A stretch of DNA of 32,000 nt from Flavobacteriaceae bacterium. Lineage in GTDB: Bacteria > Bacteroidota > Bacteroidia > Flavobacteriales > Flavobacteriaceae. Positions 1 to 9,051 of this stretch are shown piece by piece. Numbering within the stretch: the stretch's first letter is position 1; the number at the start of each line of letters is the position of its first letter. The notes beneath the pieces were generated by a model, which was not told the DNA's origin, did no database searches, and saw only the letters and a program-made list of their open reading frames with translations. The stretch is from NCBI GenBank assembly GCA_965224465.1, contig OZ245049.1, positions 5,070,001 to 5,102,000 of the forward strand, given 5' to 3'. Both the position numbers and the translations under genes were made by a program.

Positions 1-14
1 AGAAAAATTATTTA

Positions 15-2864
15 TTGCTATCGTTCTTCTTGATTTCTATGACTATTATGGCGCAGAGCTATGTGGTTAAAGGAACAGTTAAAAACGATAGTGGGATGGG
101 TATTCCTGGAGTTTCTGTTATTCAGAAAGGAACTTCAAATGGTACCACGACTGATTTTCATGGGAATTATTCCTTAAAAATTAAGAAAGGTGATGTATTA
201 CAGTTTTCGTATGTTGGTTATACGAATAAATCCATTGTAATGCACGGAGCCAAAGTTATAAACACGGTACTTAGTGGTGGTGTAGCATTGGATGAAGTAG
301 TTTTATTAGGGTCTCGAAGTACTGGAAGAACTATTATTGATAGTCCAGTTCCAGTAGATGTTATTGATGTAGCCAAACTAGCGGCTTTAGGGCCACAAAC
401 TACAATCAATGAAATTTTAAATTATGTAGCGCCATCGTTTACTTCTACTACACAAACTGTTGCGGATGGAACGGATCATGTTGATCCTGCTTCATTAAGA
501 GGGTTGGGGCCAGATCAAATTCTGGTATTGATCAATGGGAAAAGAAGGCATAAATCTGCTTTGGTTAATGTAAATGGAACCGTTGGTACGGGAACAGTAG
601 GTACGGATATGAATTCAATTCCTACCGCTGCTATCGCTAAAATTGAAGTTCTAAGAGATGGTGCTGCTGCTCAGTATGGCTCAGACGCCGTGGCTGGTGT
701 AATCAATATTATATTGAAAAAAGCCACAAACGAATTGACAATTAATATAAATACTGGTGCAAATATAAGTCAGCATTCCGAAAAATACAATAAAGGGGGC
801 ATTGATGGAGAAAAATTTGTGTTGGATGCCAATTATGGTCTTAACTTAGGAAATAATGGCGGTTTTATTAATTTTACAGGGTCTTTAGAAAATAGAGGTG
901 CAACAAACAGAAGTGATACCATGGGGAAACCTATTTACACCATGTTTGATATTGCTACTAGAAATTTAGGTTATGATCAAGCTTTTGAAATGAATCCAAG
1001 TGCATTGGCTGCTTATGTTGGTGGTTTAGACGCTTCTTTACAGGCAGTTTATGATGCAGGTATTGTTAATGGAGATTCTTTTTATGATATTATTACATCC
1101 AATGCTTTAAACGGTGCAGTTTCTAATTACGAATTATCGCAACGTGGTTTATCGCGGGATGATTTTAGAATGAAAGTTGGGCAATCTAAAGTACGTGGCG
1201 GGAAATTTTTTATGAATATGGAATTGCCACTAGATGATAATGGTGCCGTATTATACTCTTTTGGAGGAATGAGTTTTAGAGATGGTTTGTCTGCTGGTTT
1301 TTTTAGAAGACCTGCCTATACAGATGGACGTGGAACTACCAATGCCTTGGCAAACGGATTCTTACCACATATTGCTTCCAGAGTAAAAGATAAGTCTTTG
1401 GCTATTGGAATAAAAGGAAAAATAAACGCATGGAATGTCGATTTTAGCAACACCTATGGTGCGAATAGTTTTGATTTTACAATCAAGAATACTGTTAATG
1501 CTACATTGGGAACTTCTAGCCCGCGTGAGTTTGAAGCAGGTGGTTTCTCATTTGCTCAAAATACAACCAATATTGATATTTCTAAGTTTTATGAAAACAC
1601 CTTAAAGGGCTTAAATGTTGCTTTTGGTGCAGAGTATAGAATAGAAAATTATCAAGAGGTTGCTGGAGAAGAAGCTTCTTGGGCAAGTTATGATAAAAAT
1701 GGAGAAGTGGTGACTCAAACTACCCCAGACGCCGATAAAGTGTATAGTTATTTTGGAAAACTAGTCCCTGGTGGTTCTCAGGTTTTTCCAGGATACAGAC
1801 CAGAGAACGAAGTAGATCAAAATAGAAATAGTTATGCAAGTTATATAGATGTTGAAGCAGATGTTTCTGAATCTTTTTTATTGACTGCGGCATTGCGCTA
1901 CGAAAACTTTAGTGATTTTGGAGATACATTCAATTGGAAAATATCTACAAGGTATAAACTGACACAGGATGTTGCTTTAAGAGCTGCGGTAAGTACTGGG
2001 TTTAGAGCTCCAGATTTACATCAAATATATTTCAATGCTACAGCAACCCAGTTTATAGATAACATTCCGACCGAAGTGGGGACCTTTGCAAACAATAGTA
2101 GGTTGGCAAATCTATTAGGGATTCCTAAATTAAAAGAGGAAACGTCTCAAAATATAAGCCTTGGTTTGACAGCTAAACTTCCAGATTTGGGAGTTAAATT
2201 TACAATAGATGGTTATTATATTGGTGTAAAAGATAGAGTAGGTTTGACGCGTAATTATTCTCCTACAGGAAGCACTTCAACTCCAGAGATAGTGTCTATT
2301 TTTGAAAATGCTTCGGCAGGAAAAGCTAAATTCTTCACCAATGGTTATGATACAGAATCCATGGGGGTTGATGTAGTAATTACTCATAAGATGGAATTAG
2401 GGAAAGGAACCTTAAACAATAGTCTTTCTGGAACATTTTCTGAAACCGAAGTCAAAGATGTTAAAAGTATTATTGGCGTTGAGATATTGGACGAGAAGTT
2501 AAAAGGATATATAGAGGATGCAATGCCTAGAACCAAAATTAATTTAACCAATAGTTATAATATAAAAAAATGGAATTTCTTATTGCGAAATGTTTATTTT
2601 GGAGCTGTTAATGATCCTGATTTTAGAGGGACAGCGACTCCTGTAACTTATGGAGCAAAAATAATTACCGACTTTACAGCAGCGTATGATTTTTCTGATA
2701 ATTTAAAATTTGCTGTAGGTGCAAATAATTTATTAGATGTATATCCTGGGAAAGTGCCAACTGGCAATAACTATGGGAGACAGTTTGTTTTCTCAAGGCG
2801 AACTTCTCAATTTGGGTTTAATGGTAGGTATGTATTTGGAAGAGTTACATTCACTTTAAAATAA
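15..2864 (+). CDS. TonB-dependent outer-membrane receptor (CarboxypepD_reg-like N-domain, plug, beta-barrel)
   Basis: 949-aa ORF. Hydrophobic leader ends in MAQS. N-terminal YVVKGTVKNDSGMGIPGVSV...LQFSYVGY matches the carboxypeptidase-regulatory-like fold. Plug-type motifs are DPASLRGLGPDQILVLINGKRRH and IEVLRDGAAAQYGSDAVAGVINIILKK. A long Gly/Asn/Tyr-rich barrel follows. The track start is TTG at 15 and the frame is open to the window edge, so the true start may lie upstream. Confidence 0.85.
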   Translation: MLSFFLISMTIMAQSYVVKGTVKNDSGMGIPGVSVIQKGTSNGTTTDFHGNYSLKIKKGDVLQFSYVGYTNKSIVMHGAKVINTVLSGGVALDEVVLLGSRSTGRTIIDSPVPVDVIDVAKLAALGPQTTINEILNYVAPSFTSTTQTVADGTDHVDPASLRGLGPDQILVLINGKRRHKSALVNVNGTVGTGTVGTDMNSIPTAAIAKIEVLRDGAAAQYGSDAVAGVINIILKKATNELTININTGANISQHSEKYNKGGIDGEKFVLDANYGLNLGNNGGFINFTGSLENRGATNRSDTMGKPIYTMFDIATRNLGYDQAFEMNPSALAAYVGGLDASLQAVYDAGIVNGDSFYDIITSNALNGAVSNYELSQRGLSRDDFRMKVGQSKVRGGKFFMNMELPLDDNGAVLYSFGGMSFRDGLSAGFFRRPAYTDGRGTTNALANGFLPHIASRVKDKSLAIGIKGKINAWNVDFSNTYGANSFDFTIKNTVNATLGTSSPREFEAGGFSFAQNTTNIDISKFYENTLKGLNVAFGAEYRIENYQEVAGEEASWASYDKNGEVVTQTTPDADKVYSYFGKLVPGGSQVFPGYRPENEVDQNRNSYASYIDVEADVSESFLLTAALRYENFSDFGDTFNWKISTRYKLTQDVALRAAVSTGFRAPDLHQIYFNATATQFIDNIPTEVGTFANNSRLANLLGIPKLKEETSQNISLGLTAKLPDLGVKFTIDGYYIGVKDRVGLTRNYSPTGSTSTPEIVSIFENASAGKAKFFTNGYDTESMGVDVVITHKMELGKGTLNNSLSGTFSETEVKDVKSIIGVEILDEKLKGYIEDAMPRTKINLTNSYNIKKWNFLLRNVYFGAVNDPDFRGTATPVTYGAKIITDFTAAYDFSDNLKFAVGANNLLDVYPGKVPTGNNYGRQFVFSRRTSQFGFNGRYVFGRVTFTLK

Positions 2865-2869
2865 AAAAT

Positions 2870-3679
2870 ATGAAAAATTTAAAAAACACATATAAATTGT
2901 TGTTGTTCTTTTCACTTATTGCAGTGGTTAGTTGTGATGACAATGAAGATTATAGCGATATTTTAACAAAAGGAACTACCACACAAGAAAACACGATTTT
3001 TATGGTGACAGCTAATGTATATGAAGCTGTTTCTATGGTTGGACTAGGGAAAAGCACTGAAATTGTTGCAGGTATTAACAATGTCATGACTACAGATACT
3101 AGTGTGGAATTTACAGTGTTGAAAAACGGTAGTATAGCGGAATTAAATGTTGATTATGAAATGGATGATGCGCTTATAGAAAATGAAACATTTGAAGGAG
3201 CAACAAGCATTGTTTTTCTAAAGAGTGGTTTGTATGATGTTTCTGTGAAGGCATCCTCTGCAACATCGTTAAAAGTTGTAAATAATCGCTTGCTGTACTT
3301 TGTTCCAAAAAATGTAACCATTCGTATTAATTGGGAAAACGATTTTTATGATTACGGACTGATTATGTTTGATAAAATGGCTCCTATAAAAGACATTTAT
3401 GTGAATGGATATCCTGCTGTTTTGACTGTTTTGGGATATAGTGATAAAGCTACAAATGTGGAGGAAATAAGTCTATTACCTCCCCTTGGAGATAGTTATA
3501 TTTATTTGGAAGATTATTATAATGATAATGCAGATATTCCTGTTTTGTTTTCATTAGAACAAGAAGGGGAACCTGCACTAACAGGTGATATAATTATGGA
3601 TAAAGATAAATGGGTTATTAAAATTACTACGGAGTTTGATGGAGTTGATAAAATGAGCTATAAAATTGAAGTATTATAG
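2870..3679 (+). CDS. hypothetical lipoprotein co-transcribed with the TonB-dependent receptor
   Basis: 269-aa ORF starts 5 nt after the receptor stop. Signal peptide with lipobox LIAVVSC followed by acidic DDNEDY. No other Cys and no motif I recognise. Confidence 0.6.
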   Translation: MKNLKNTYKLLLFFSLIAVVSCDDNEDYSDILTKGTTTQENTIFMVTANVYEAVSMVGLGKSTEIVAGINNVMTTDTSVEFTVLKNGSIAELNVDYEMDDALIENETFEGATSIVFLKSGLYDVSVKASSATSLKVVNNRLLYFVPKNVTIRINWENDFYDYGLIMFDKMAPIKDIYVNGYPAVLTVLGYSDKATNVEEISLLPPLGDSYIYLEDYYNDNADIPVLFSLEQEGEPALTGDIIMDKDKWVIKITTEFDGVDKMSYKIEVL

Positions 3680-3732
3680 GTGTTTTAAGAGTCGTGTTTT
3701 AACGTCTCTTTATCTGTGATACAAGTTGTGAT

Positions 3733-3763
3733 AAAAGGCTGTCTAATTTAGACAGCCTTTTTT
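3733..3763. terminator. bidirectional rho-independent terminator between convergent genes
   Basis: AAAA-GGCTGTCTA-ATT-TAGACAGCC-TTTTTT. A 9-bp perfect stem (3737-3745 / 3749-3757) is flanked by an A-run and a T-run. Confidence 0.75.
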
Positions 3764-3775
3764 ATAACCACCTAG

Positions 3776-4135
3776 CTATTCTTCTTCTTTATGATCGTCA
3801 ATCACTCGTTGTTCTCTGTATTTACAGCAATGGTGTAAGGAGTTGTATGCGAGGGTACTTGCTTTTAGTTTTTTGGTGTCATGTCCTACAGCTGCCACAC
3901 TTTTCCTAATGCTATCTAAATTTGTTTTTCGTGCATTGTATATTAATTTTAATTCGTGGGTTCTTGGATGCCACATGGCAGATTTAACTCCTTTTGTTTT
4001 GATGCATGCCTTTTCAATACGTTCTTTACACATCATGCAAACGCCATCTACATCTATTGTGGCGCGTTGGTTTTTGTTTTGAGAATTAGCAATTGTTCCT
4101 ATTAATAATGCGATGATTAGAATTAAATTTTTCAT
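3776..4135 (-). CDS. secreted heavy-metal-associated (HMA) domain protein
   Basis: 119-aa ORF with a signal peptide (MKNLILIIALLIGTIANS). An HMA-like ferredoxin fold carries the metal-binding loop DGVCMMCKERIEKA, a CxxC variant of GMxCxxC. The C-terminus has HHCC and an acidic/His tail. It starts 7 nt downstream of the TonB receptor stop. Confidence 0.75.
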   Translation of the reverse strand: MKNLILIIALLIGTIANSQNKNQRATIDVDGVCMMCKERIEKACIKTKGVKSAMWHPRTHELKLIYNARKTNLDSIRKSVAAVGHDTKKLKASTLAYNSLHHCCKYREQRVIDDHKEEE

Positions 4136-4142
4136 GGTTTGA

Positions 4143-6395
4143 TTAGTTTTTATTTGTTTTATTGATTTTATATCTTAATCCTATATAGTAAGAGGCTCCA
4201 AAAATGGGGCCGTAAATAGAAGTGGTATCAAAATAGGGACCAAAGGGATTGTCTGCGCTTATGATTGGTTTTTTTTGCCGTAGATTTGTAATGTTTTCAC
4301 CACCTGTATATATTTCAAATGTTGGAGAAAAAATCTTTGTTGCCTGTATGTTTAATGTAGATGTACTGGGGGAATATACACCTGTTTGATATATAATAGG
4401 AACGTTGAAATTGGAAGGGAAACGTTGCTTGCTAAGGTGATTAAACGTAGCGTCAAATTTCCAATGTGCTCCATTTTTTTTAAGAGTTGTGTCAAAGGAA
4501 ATATTAGCAAAAAAACGATGTTTTGGTAACAGTGGTTTTTCTTTAGTTCCTGTTTTATAATCTGTTTTTACAGTATAGTTTTTATAAGCAATGCGGAGCT
4601 TTAAGTTTCTAGAAATACTATAATTTATTTCTGCTTGAAAGCTATTGGCAAAACTGTCGCCTTTTAAATTATAAAAGTTAATTTCTGTTGGAGTTTCCCA
4701 ATCTACGACTACTTGTTGCTTGAATGTTGTTTGAAAATAATCAATAGTTAGGTCTGCTTTTCTTCCAAATAAATTGAATCCTTGTAGGAAAGATAGTCCG
4801 TAATTCCATGCTATTTCTGGATGTAAACCATATATTTTTCCGTTATTATTCTGGATATTTATCTTTCTAGATGTGGCGAACATTTTTTGGTTTTCTGTAA
4901 AAATATGTGCACTTCGTTTGCCACGACCAAAGGACATTCTAAAGGCAGATTTTTCCCAGAGTGCATATCGAAAATGAAAACGTGGTGTTACAAACGTTCC
5001 TAGTAAATTGTGGTGATCCAGTCTAATTCCAGCAGTTAAAGTTATGGCATCTAAATTGTCAAATGCGTATTCAAAATATCCACCGATTGATTTTTCAATT
5101 CTCCCAAAATAATCAGAATTTACGTATTCGTTATAAGTGTCATATGTAGTACTAACTCCTGTTTTTATTTGATGCCTAGAATCACTGATAATAGAGCTAT
5201 ACATTACATTGCTATAGAAACTCTGGTGTTTAATAGTATACCTGTTTAGACCAAAATAAGAATGTTGTTTATGTTGGCTTGTCGCTAGTTGTACTCCTAG
5301 TTTTTGATAGGGAATGTCTGGGTTTATAAATCCGATATTTGTTGATATTTCAAAGCGTTCTGTGTTTATTTCAGAACCCCAGAACTGGGCAGCTAACTTC
5401 TTCTTTTTAGGATCAAAATCTAGTTCACCAGATTGTTTTTTATCGTTTAAATATCTCAAATTTATAAAGGCTATTGTTCCTTTTTCTGTGTCTATATATT
5501 GCCATCGGTTCATTATATTTACTTGCTTAGAAAGTGGGGCATCTAAGAAATTATCGTTGTTGTTGTCTGTTTTTTTAGTCCGTATGTTTCCGTGAAGGTA
5601 CAGACCGGTATCCCATTTGTTACTTAGTTTTTGATTTATATGGGTGTTTATTTCTGACCTTCCATCTAAAGCAGCGAACGTGTTAAAGAAGAAATCATCA
5701 TCATTTAAAGGTTTCTTAAATTCTGCATTTATCTGTCCCGTAATGCTTTCAAATCCATTGGTTACACTTCCTGCTCCTTTAGTTATTTGAATGCTTTCTA
5801 TCCAAGTTCCTGGGAGGAAACTCATTCCATATGCTTGTGCAGCTCCTCTTATTGAAGGGATGTTTTCTGTGGTTATTAATAAATAAGGGCTTGTCAACCC
5901 AAGCATTTTTATCTGTTTTGTTCCAGATATTGCATCCGAAAAATTGACATCAATGGAAGGGTTGGTTTCAAAACTTTCAGCGAGATTACAGCAGGCTGCT
6001 TTTAATAGCTCCTCGTGGCTTACATTTTGTACGTATGCAGCACTTATGTAGGAAACAGAAGAGGTTTTTTTATGTGTTTCTAGTTTTACTTCACTAAGTA
6101 TGCTAGAGGGAGATAGGTAATACGCTCTTTTTTTTGTCGAATCTATTTGAAGTGTAGCTGTTTTATACCCAATATAACTGATAATTAAGGTTTTGAAATT
6201 AGGACTGTACGGGATGTCAAAATTTCCTGAAAAATCGCTAATGGTGCCTACCGAAGTGTTTTTCCAATAAATAGTAGCGCCAGCAAGCGGATGTTTTTTG
6301 TTATTTGTAGTCTTTTCCAATACGGTTCCCTTCATGCTAGTTTGAGAAAATACCGTGAGTGGAAGCAAGAATAATAAAAAGTGTAAATGTTTCAA
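4143..6395 (-). CDS. TonB-dependent receptor (CarboxypepD_reg-like N-domain, plug with ACCNLAESFETN motif)
   Basis: 750-aa ORF. Signal peptide MKHLHFLLFLLPLTVFSQ. N-domain GTVLEK...GATIYWKNTSVGTISDFSGNF...ISYIGY. Plug region LLKAACCNLAESFETNPSIDV...KQIKMLGL. Barrel ends in GLRYKI. The start codon is TTG (plus-strand caa at 6393-6395) and an in-frame TGA lies 18 nt upstream. Confidence 0.85.
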   Translation of the reverse strand: MKHLHFLLFLLPLTVFSQTSMKGTVLEKTTNNKKHPLAGATIYWKNTSVGTISDFSGNFDIPYSPNFKTLIISYIGYKTATLQIDSTKKRAYYLSPSSILSEVKLETHKKTSSVSYISAAYVQNVSHEELLKAACCNLAESFETNPSIDVNFSDAISGTKQIKMLGLTSPYLLITTENIPSIRGAAQAYGMSFLPGTWIESIQITKGAGSVTNGFESITGQINAEFKKPLNDDDFFFNTFAALDGRSEINTHINQKLSNKWDTGLYLHGNIRTKKTDNNNDNFLDAPLSKQVNIMNRWQYIDTEKGTIAFINLRYLNDKKQSGELDFDPKKKKLAAQFWGSEINTERFEISTNIGFINPDIPYQKLGVQLATSQHKQHSYFGLNRYTIKHQSFYSNVMYSSIISDSRHQIKTGVSTTYDTYNEYVNSDYFGRIEKSIGGYFEYAFDNLDAITLTAGIRLDHHNLLGTFVTPRFHFRYALWEKSAFRMSFGRGKRSAHIFTENQKMFATSRKINIQNNNGKIYGLHPEIAWNYGLSFLQGFNLFGRKADLTIDYFQTTFKQQVVVDWETPTEINFYNLKGDSFANSFQAEINYSISRNLKLRIAYKNYTVKTDYKTGTKEKPLLPKHRFFANISFDTTLKKNGAHWKFDATFNHLSKQRFPSNFNVPIIYQTGVYSPSTSTLNIQATKIFSPTFEIYTGGENITNLRQKKPIISADNPFGPYFDTTSIYGPIFGASYYIGLRYKINKTNKN

Positions 6396-6426
6396 ATTTA
6401 ATATTTTAATACCTCATAGGGGGGAT

Positions 6427-6499
6427 ACCAATTACATTTCCAAGTGACTGTTTGTAAATGGAAGTATCATTTATATCGGTCATTTTGGATTGCATTTGA
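6427..6499 (+). repeat. intergenic repeat family, copy A (about 73 bp, only the two element ends, internal part missing)
   Basis: ACCAATTACATTTCCAAGTGACTGTTTGTAAATGGAAGTATCATTTATATCGGTCATTTTGGATTGCATTTG. The left and right terminal blocks of the 155-160 bp family are joined directly. Confidence 0.6.
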
Positions 6500-6654
6500 A
6501 TTAGTGTCTCGTAGATTTACCTCTGAATTAGAAACAATCCGTCGGAGACAGCACCTAGTAGCCTTGTATTGGGCTGAGGTTGTTGATTTAGTAATGGTTT
6601 ATGGATGCTATTGTTAGAAATAAACAACGCATGTTTTGATAAACGATATGCTAA

Positions 6655-7068
6655 TCAAATTAAAAATAGTTGGTGGAAGAGATATTGTTTTTTGCGAATA
6701 AAAGGAGGAAGCTGGGGTTTGTAGGTACTAGATTTTAGCGTACATGTTGTTTTTAGAGCGAATGTGTATTTAACGGACATTGCCAGAGGTACAAAGCTGT
6801 TGCTTTTTAACTTTTGTATTGCTATAATTCTTATTTCTTCTTGTCCCTTAAAAATAATTTCGGCATCTTGGCAGCAATCTTCTTTCGGAATACAACAGTT
6901 TTCTACATCAATTAAAGTGATTTCTTGACAAGAATCGTTGTCTAAGTTTAGCGTGCTAACTATAAGGTTATCGTCACAGTATCTAATATTTACGGTAAAA
7001 GACATTGTAGAAACAAGCACTACAATGGCAAGAAATATGGATGTGAAAGTTGTGATTATTTTTTTCAT
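6655..7068 (-). CDS. small Cys-rich membrane-anchored/secreted protein resembling the HYC_CC_PP family
   Basis: 137-aa ORF with an N-terminal hydrophobic anchor. Motifs in order are RYC (NIRYCDDN), two vicinal Cys pairs (ENCCIPKEDCCQD) and PP (PQLPPF). It is the first gene upstream of the receptor/HMA pair on the same strand. Family assignment is from memory of the motif pattern, not from a search. Confidence 0.55.
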   Translation of the reverse strand: MKKIITTFTSIFLAIVVLVSTMSFTVNIRYCDDNLIVSTLNLDNDSCQEITLIDVENCCIPKEDCCQDAEIIFKGQEEIRIIAIQKLKSNSFVPLAMSVKYTFALKTTCTLKSSTYKPQLPPFIRKKQYLFHQLFLI

Positions 7069-7192
7069 GATACAGGCTAAAGGTACAAAAGATTTTTCTA
7101 AATTTTTTACTGGATTTTTTTAACTGTTATGGATTCCTACAATATCAAAATTTTGTAGCCGATCTAGTACTTTTTGTATCGATTGAGTACAT

Positions 7193-7238
7193 AAAAAAAA
7201 GAGCCCTTTAAAATAGCTTTATAGGACTCTTTTTTTTA
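7193..7238. terminator. bidirectional rho-independent terminator (serves the minus-strand 7382..7987 transcript)
   Basis: AAAAAAAA-GAGCCCT..loop..AGGACTC-TTTTTTTT. An 8-bp stem has one mismatch (7200-7207 / 7223-7230), with an A-run on one side and a T-run on the other. Confidence 0.55.
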
Positions 7239-7266
7239 TTTTATTTTAAGAAAGTAAGGCTATGAT

Positions 7267-7379
7267 ACCAATTACAATCCAAAATGATAGCTATTAACGG
7301 ATTATTTTACGTTCTAGCGTTGTTAAAAAATATCAAAAAATAATTCTACTTCCAAGCTGTAACTTGGAAATGGATTTGA
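7267..7379 (-). repeat. intergenic repeat family, copy B (about 113 bp, central segment missing)
   Basis: The plus strand reads ACCAATTACAATCCAAAATGA...TTTTACGTTCTAGCGTTGTTAAAAAA...GGAAATGGATTTGA. This is the reverse complement of the family's right end, AACAACGCTAGAACGTAAAA core and left end. Confidence 0.65.
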
Positions 7380-7381
7380 TA

Positions 7382-7987
7382 TTAATCCTTCTTGTTTTTG
7401 TTGAGTTCATCTTGAAGTTGTCGACGAACTTTTTGCTCGCGTTCAATGGCAGATGTTCTGTGTTGTGTATATTCCTCCTCTAAGTCGGTTAGTTTTTGAT
7501 TGGCATTCTGGGTGATTTGATTGCTGCTGTTAAATTTGAAGATAAAAATACCAGCAACGAGTACGAGTCCTGCAATAATAGACCATAATAGACTGTTGTA
7601 TACAGGTTTGTCCATGTTTATGCCAAACAGTTGCATGCTGTTTTTTTCTAAGTTAACATTTTCTAAGGTTTTTGTAGCTTCACTTACCTCAAGGTTTAAG
7701 TTAGTTATAACATTAAGTTGTTTTGCTATTTCTTCTTGTTGTGTAGCTATTTTTGTGTTAAATAGTTTTAGAGAGTCAAGAACATTGTTTTTTAATTTAA
7801 AAACCCATGTTTTTTTAATGACTTTAAATTCTTGGTAACGACCAGATTTCTTAATTAAGAAGTCAAACTGGTTTTCTATTGTTCCATAATCTAGACTTAG
7901 TTTTTTTTCTGTGGTTTCTATATTTGTTTGAGCTTGCAAACCAATAGATACGAGTATCAGAAGTATAAAGAGGGCTTTCTTTTTCAT
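7382..7987 (-). CDS. hypothetical coiled-coil protein with signal peptide and C-terminal transmembrane helix
   Basis: 201-aa ORF. N-terminal signal (LILVSIGLQAQ), a heptad-like Leu/Glu/Lys-rich centre, a hydrophobic helix LLWSIIAGLVLVAGIFIF, then a charged tail. It starts 10 nt downstream of the deaminase stop. Confidence 0.55.
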   Translation of the reverse strand: MKKKALFILLILVSIGLQAQTNIETTEKKLSLDYGTIENQFDFLIKKSGRYQEFKVIKKTWVFKLKNNVLDSLKLFNTKIATQQEEIAKQLNVITNLNLEVSEATKTLENVNLEKNSMQLFGINMDKPVYNSLLWSIIAGLVLVAGIFIFKFNSSNQITQNANQKLTDLEEEYTQHRTSAIEREQKVRRQLQDELNKNKKD

Positions 7988-7997
7988 GAATAATTTT

Positions 7998-9011
7998 TTA
8001 AGAGTTTATATGGTGTTGATAATAATCGAATAATTCTTGTAAATATTGTTCTTTATCTTTACTATTTAATAAAGAATATCTAAAAGAATTCCACGCCAAG
8101 CTTATAAGGTCTTTTTTTGAGAGGTCTAAAGCTTTTTGGATCTCACTATAATTTTTATTTAAATAACCTCCAAAATAGGCAGGATCGTCAGAATTTATGG
8201 TGATGCTCAATCCTAAATCCATCATTTTTTTTAAGGGATGGTCTTTCAAATCTTCCACTACTTTTAATGCTGTATTGGATAAAGGGCATACCGTAAGTGC
8301 TAGATCTCTACGGATAATCTCAGAAACTAATTTTGAATCTTGTAATGCATTGTTTCCATGATCTATTCGTTGAATTTTTAAATCATCAATAGCTTCCCAA
8401 ATATACGAAGAATCACCTTCTTCTCCTGCATGTGCTACAGGGATATATCCTGCTTCTACAGAGGCTTTAAAAACATTGATAAATTTTGATGGAGGATTCC
8501 CTTTTTCAGAAGAATCTAATCCTACGGCTTTAATTTTATCTTTAAAAGGCAATGATTCTTCAAGTGTCTTAAAGGCATCTTCTTCACTTAAATGTCTTAA
8601 GTAGCTCATGATTAACAAAGCGGAAACATTCAGTTTTTCTTTTGCATCTTCTACGGCTTTAGAAATACCTGTAATTACAGTTTCAAAAGAGACACCTCGC
8701 TCTGTATGTGTTTGTGGGTCAAACATAATTTCTGTGTGTCTAATGTTTTCAGCAGCACATTTGGTTAAATAGGCGTAGGTAAGGTCGTAAAAATCTTGTT
8801 CATTAATTAGAACACTTGCTCCTTGGTAGTAAATATCTAAAAAATCTTGTAGACAGTCAAATTTATATGCTTCTTCTATTTCTTTTACGGAGGTATATGG
8901 TATGGTAATGTTATTTCTCTTGGCGATATCAAACATTAACTGAGGTTCAAAAGAGCCTTCAATGTGTAAATGCAGTTCTGCTTTGGGTAATTGGTGTATA
9001 AATGTATTCAT
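7998..9011 (-). CDS. add: adenosine/adenine deaminase family metallo-hydrolase
   Basis: 337-aa ORF. Contains LPKAELHLHIEGS (the HxH metal ligands), HAGEEG, and the INSDDPAYFGG (SDD) motif typical of the adenosine deaminase superfamily. Confidence 0.85.
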   Translation of the reverse strand: MNTFIHQLPKAELHLHIEGSFEPQLMFDIAKRNNITIPYTSVKEIEEAYKFDCLQDFLDIYYQGASVLINEQDFYDLTYAYLTKCAAENIRHTEIMFDPQTHTERGVSFETVITGISKAVEDAKEKLNVSALLIMSYLRHLSEEDAFKTLEESLPFKDKIKAVGLDSSEKGNPPSKFINVFKASVEAGYIPVAHAGEEGDSSYIWEAIDDLKIQRIDHGNNALQDSKLVSEIIRRDLALTVCPLSNTALKVVEDLKDHPLKKMMDLGLSITINSDDPAYFGGYLNKNYSEIQKALDLSKKDLISLAWNSFRYSLLNSKDKEQYLQELFDYYQHHINS

Positions 9012-9051
9012 TTTGTAAAATTAACAATTTACTGTTAGTTTTACGCATAAT

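Noticed and set aside
6500-6654. Possible riboswitch or leader upstream of the TonB receptor
   Set aside because: I saw no B12-box, TPP, Mo-co or other signature I know, only a loose 6-bp long-range pairing. It is kept as an unexplained spacer rather than called as an RNA element.
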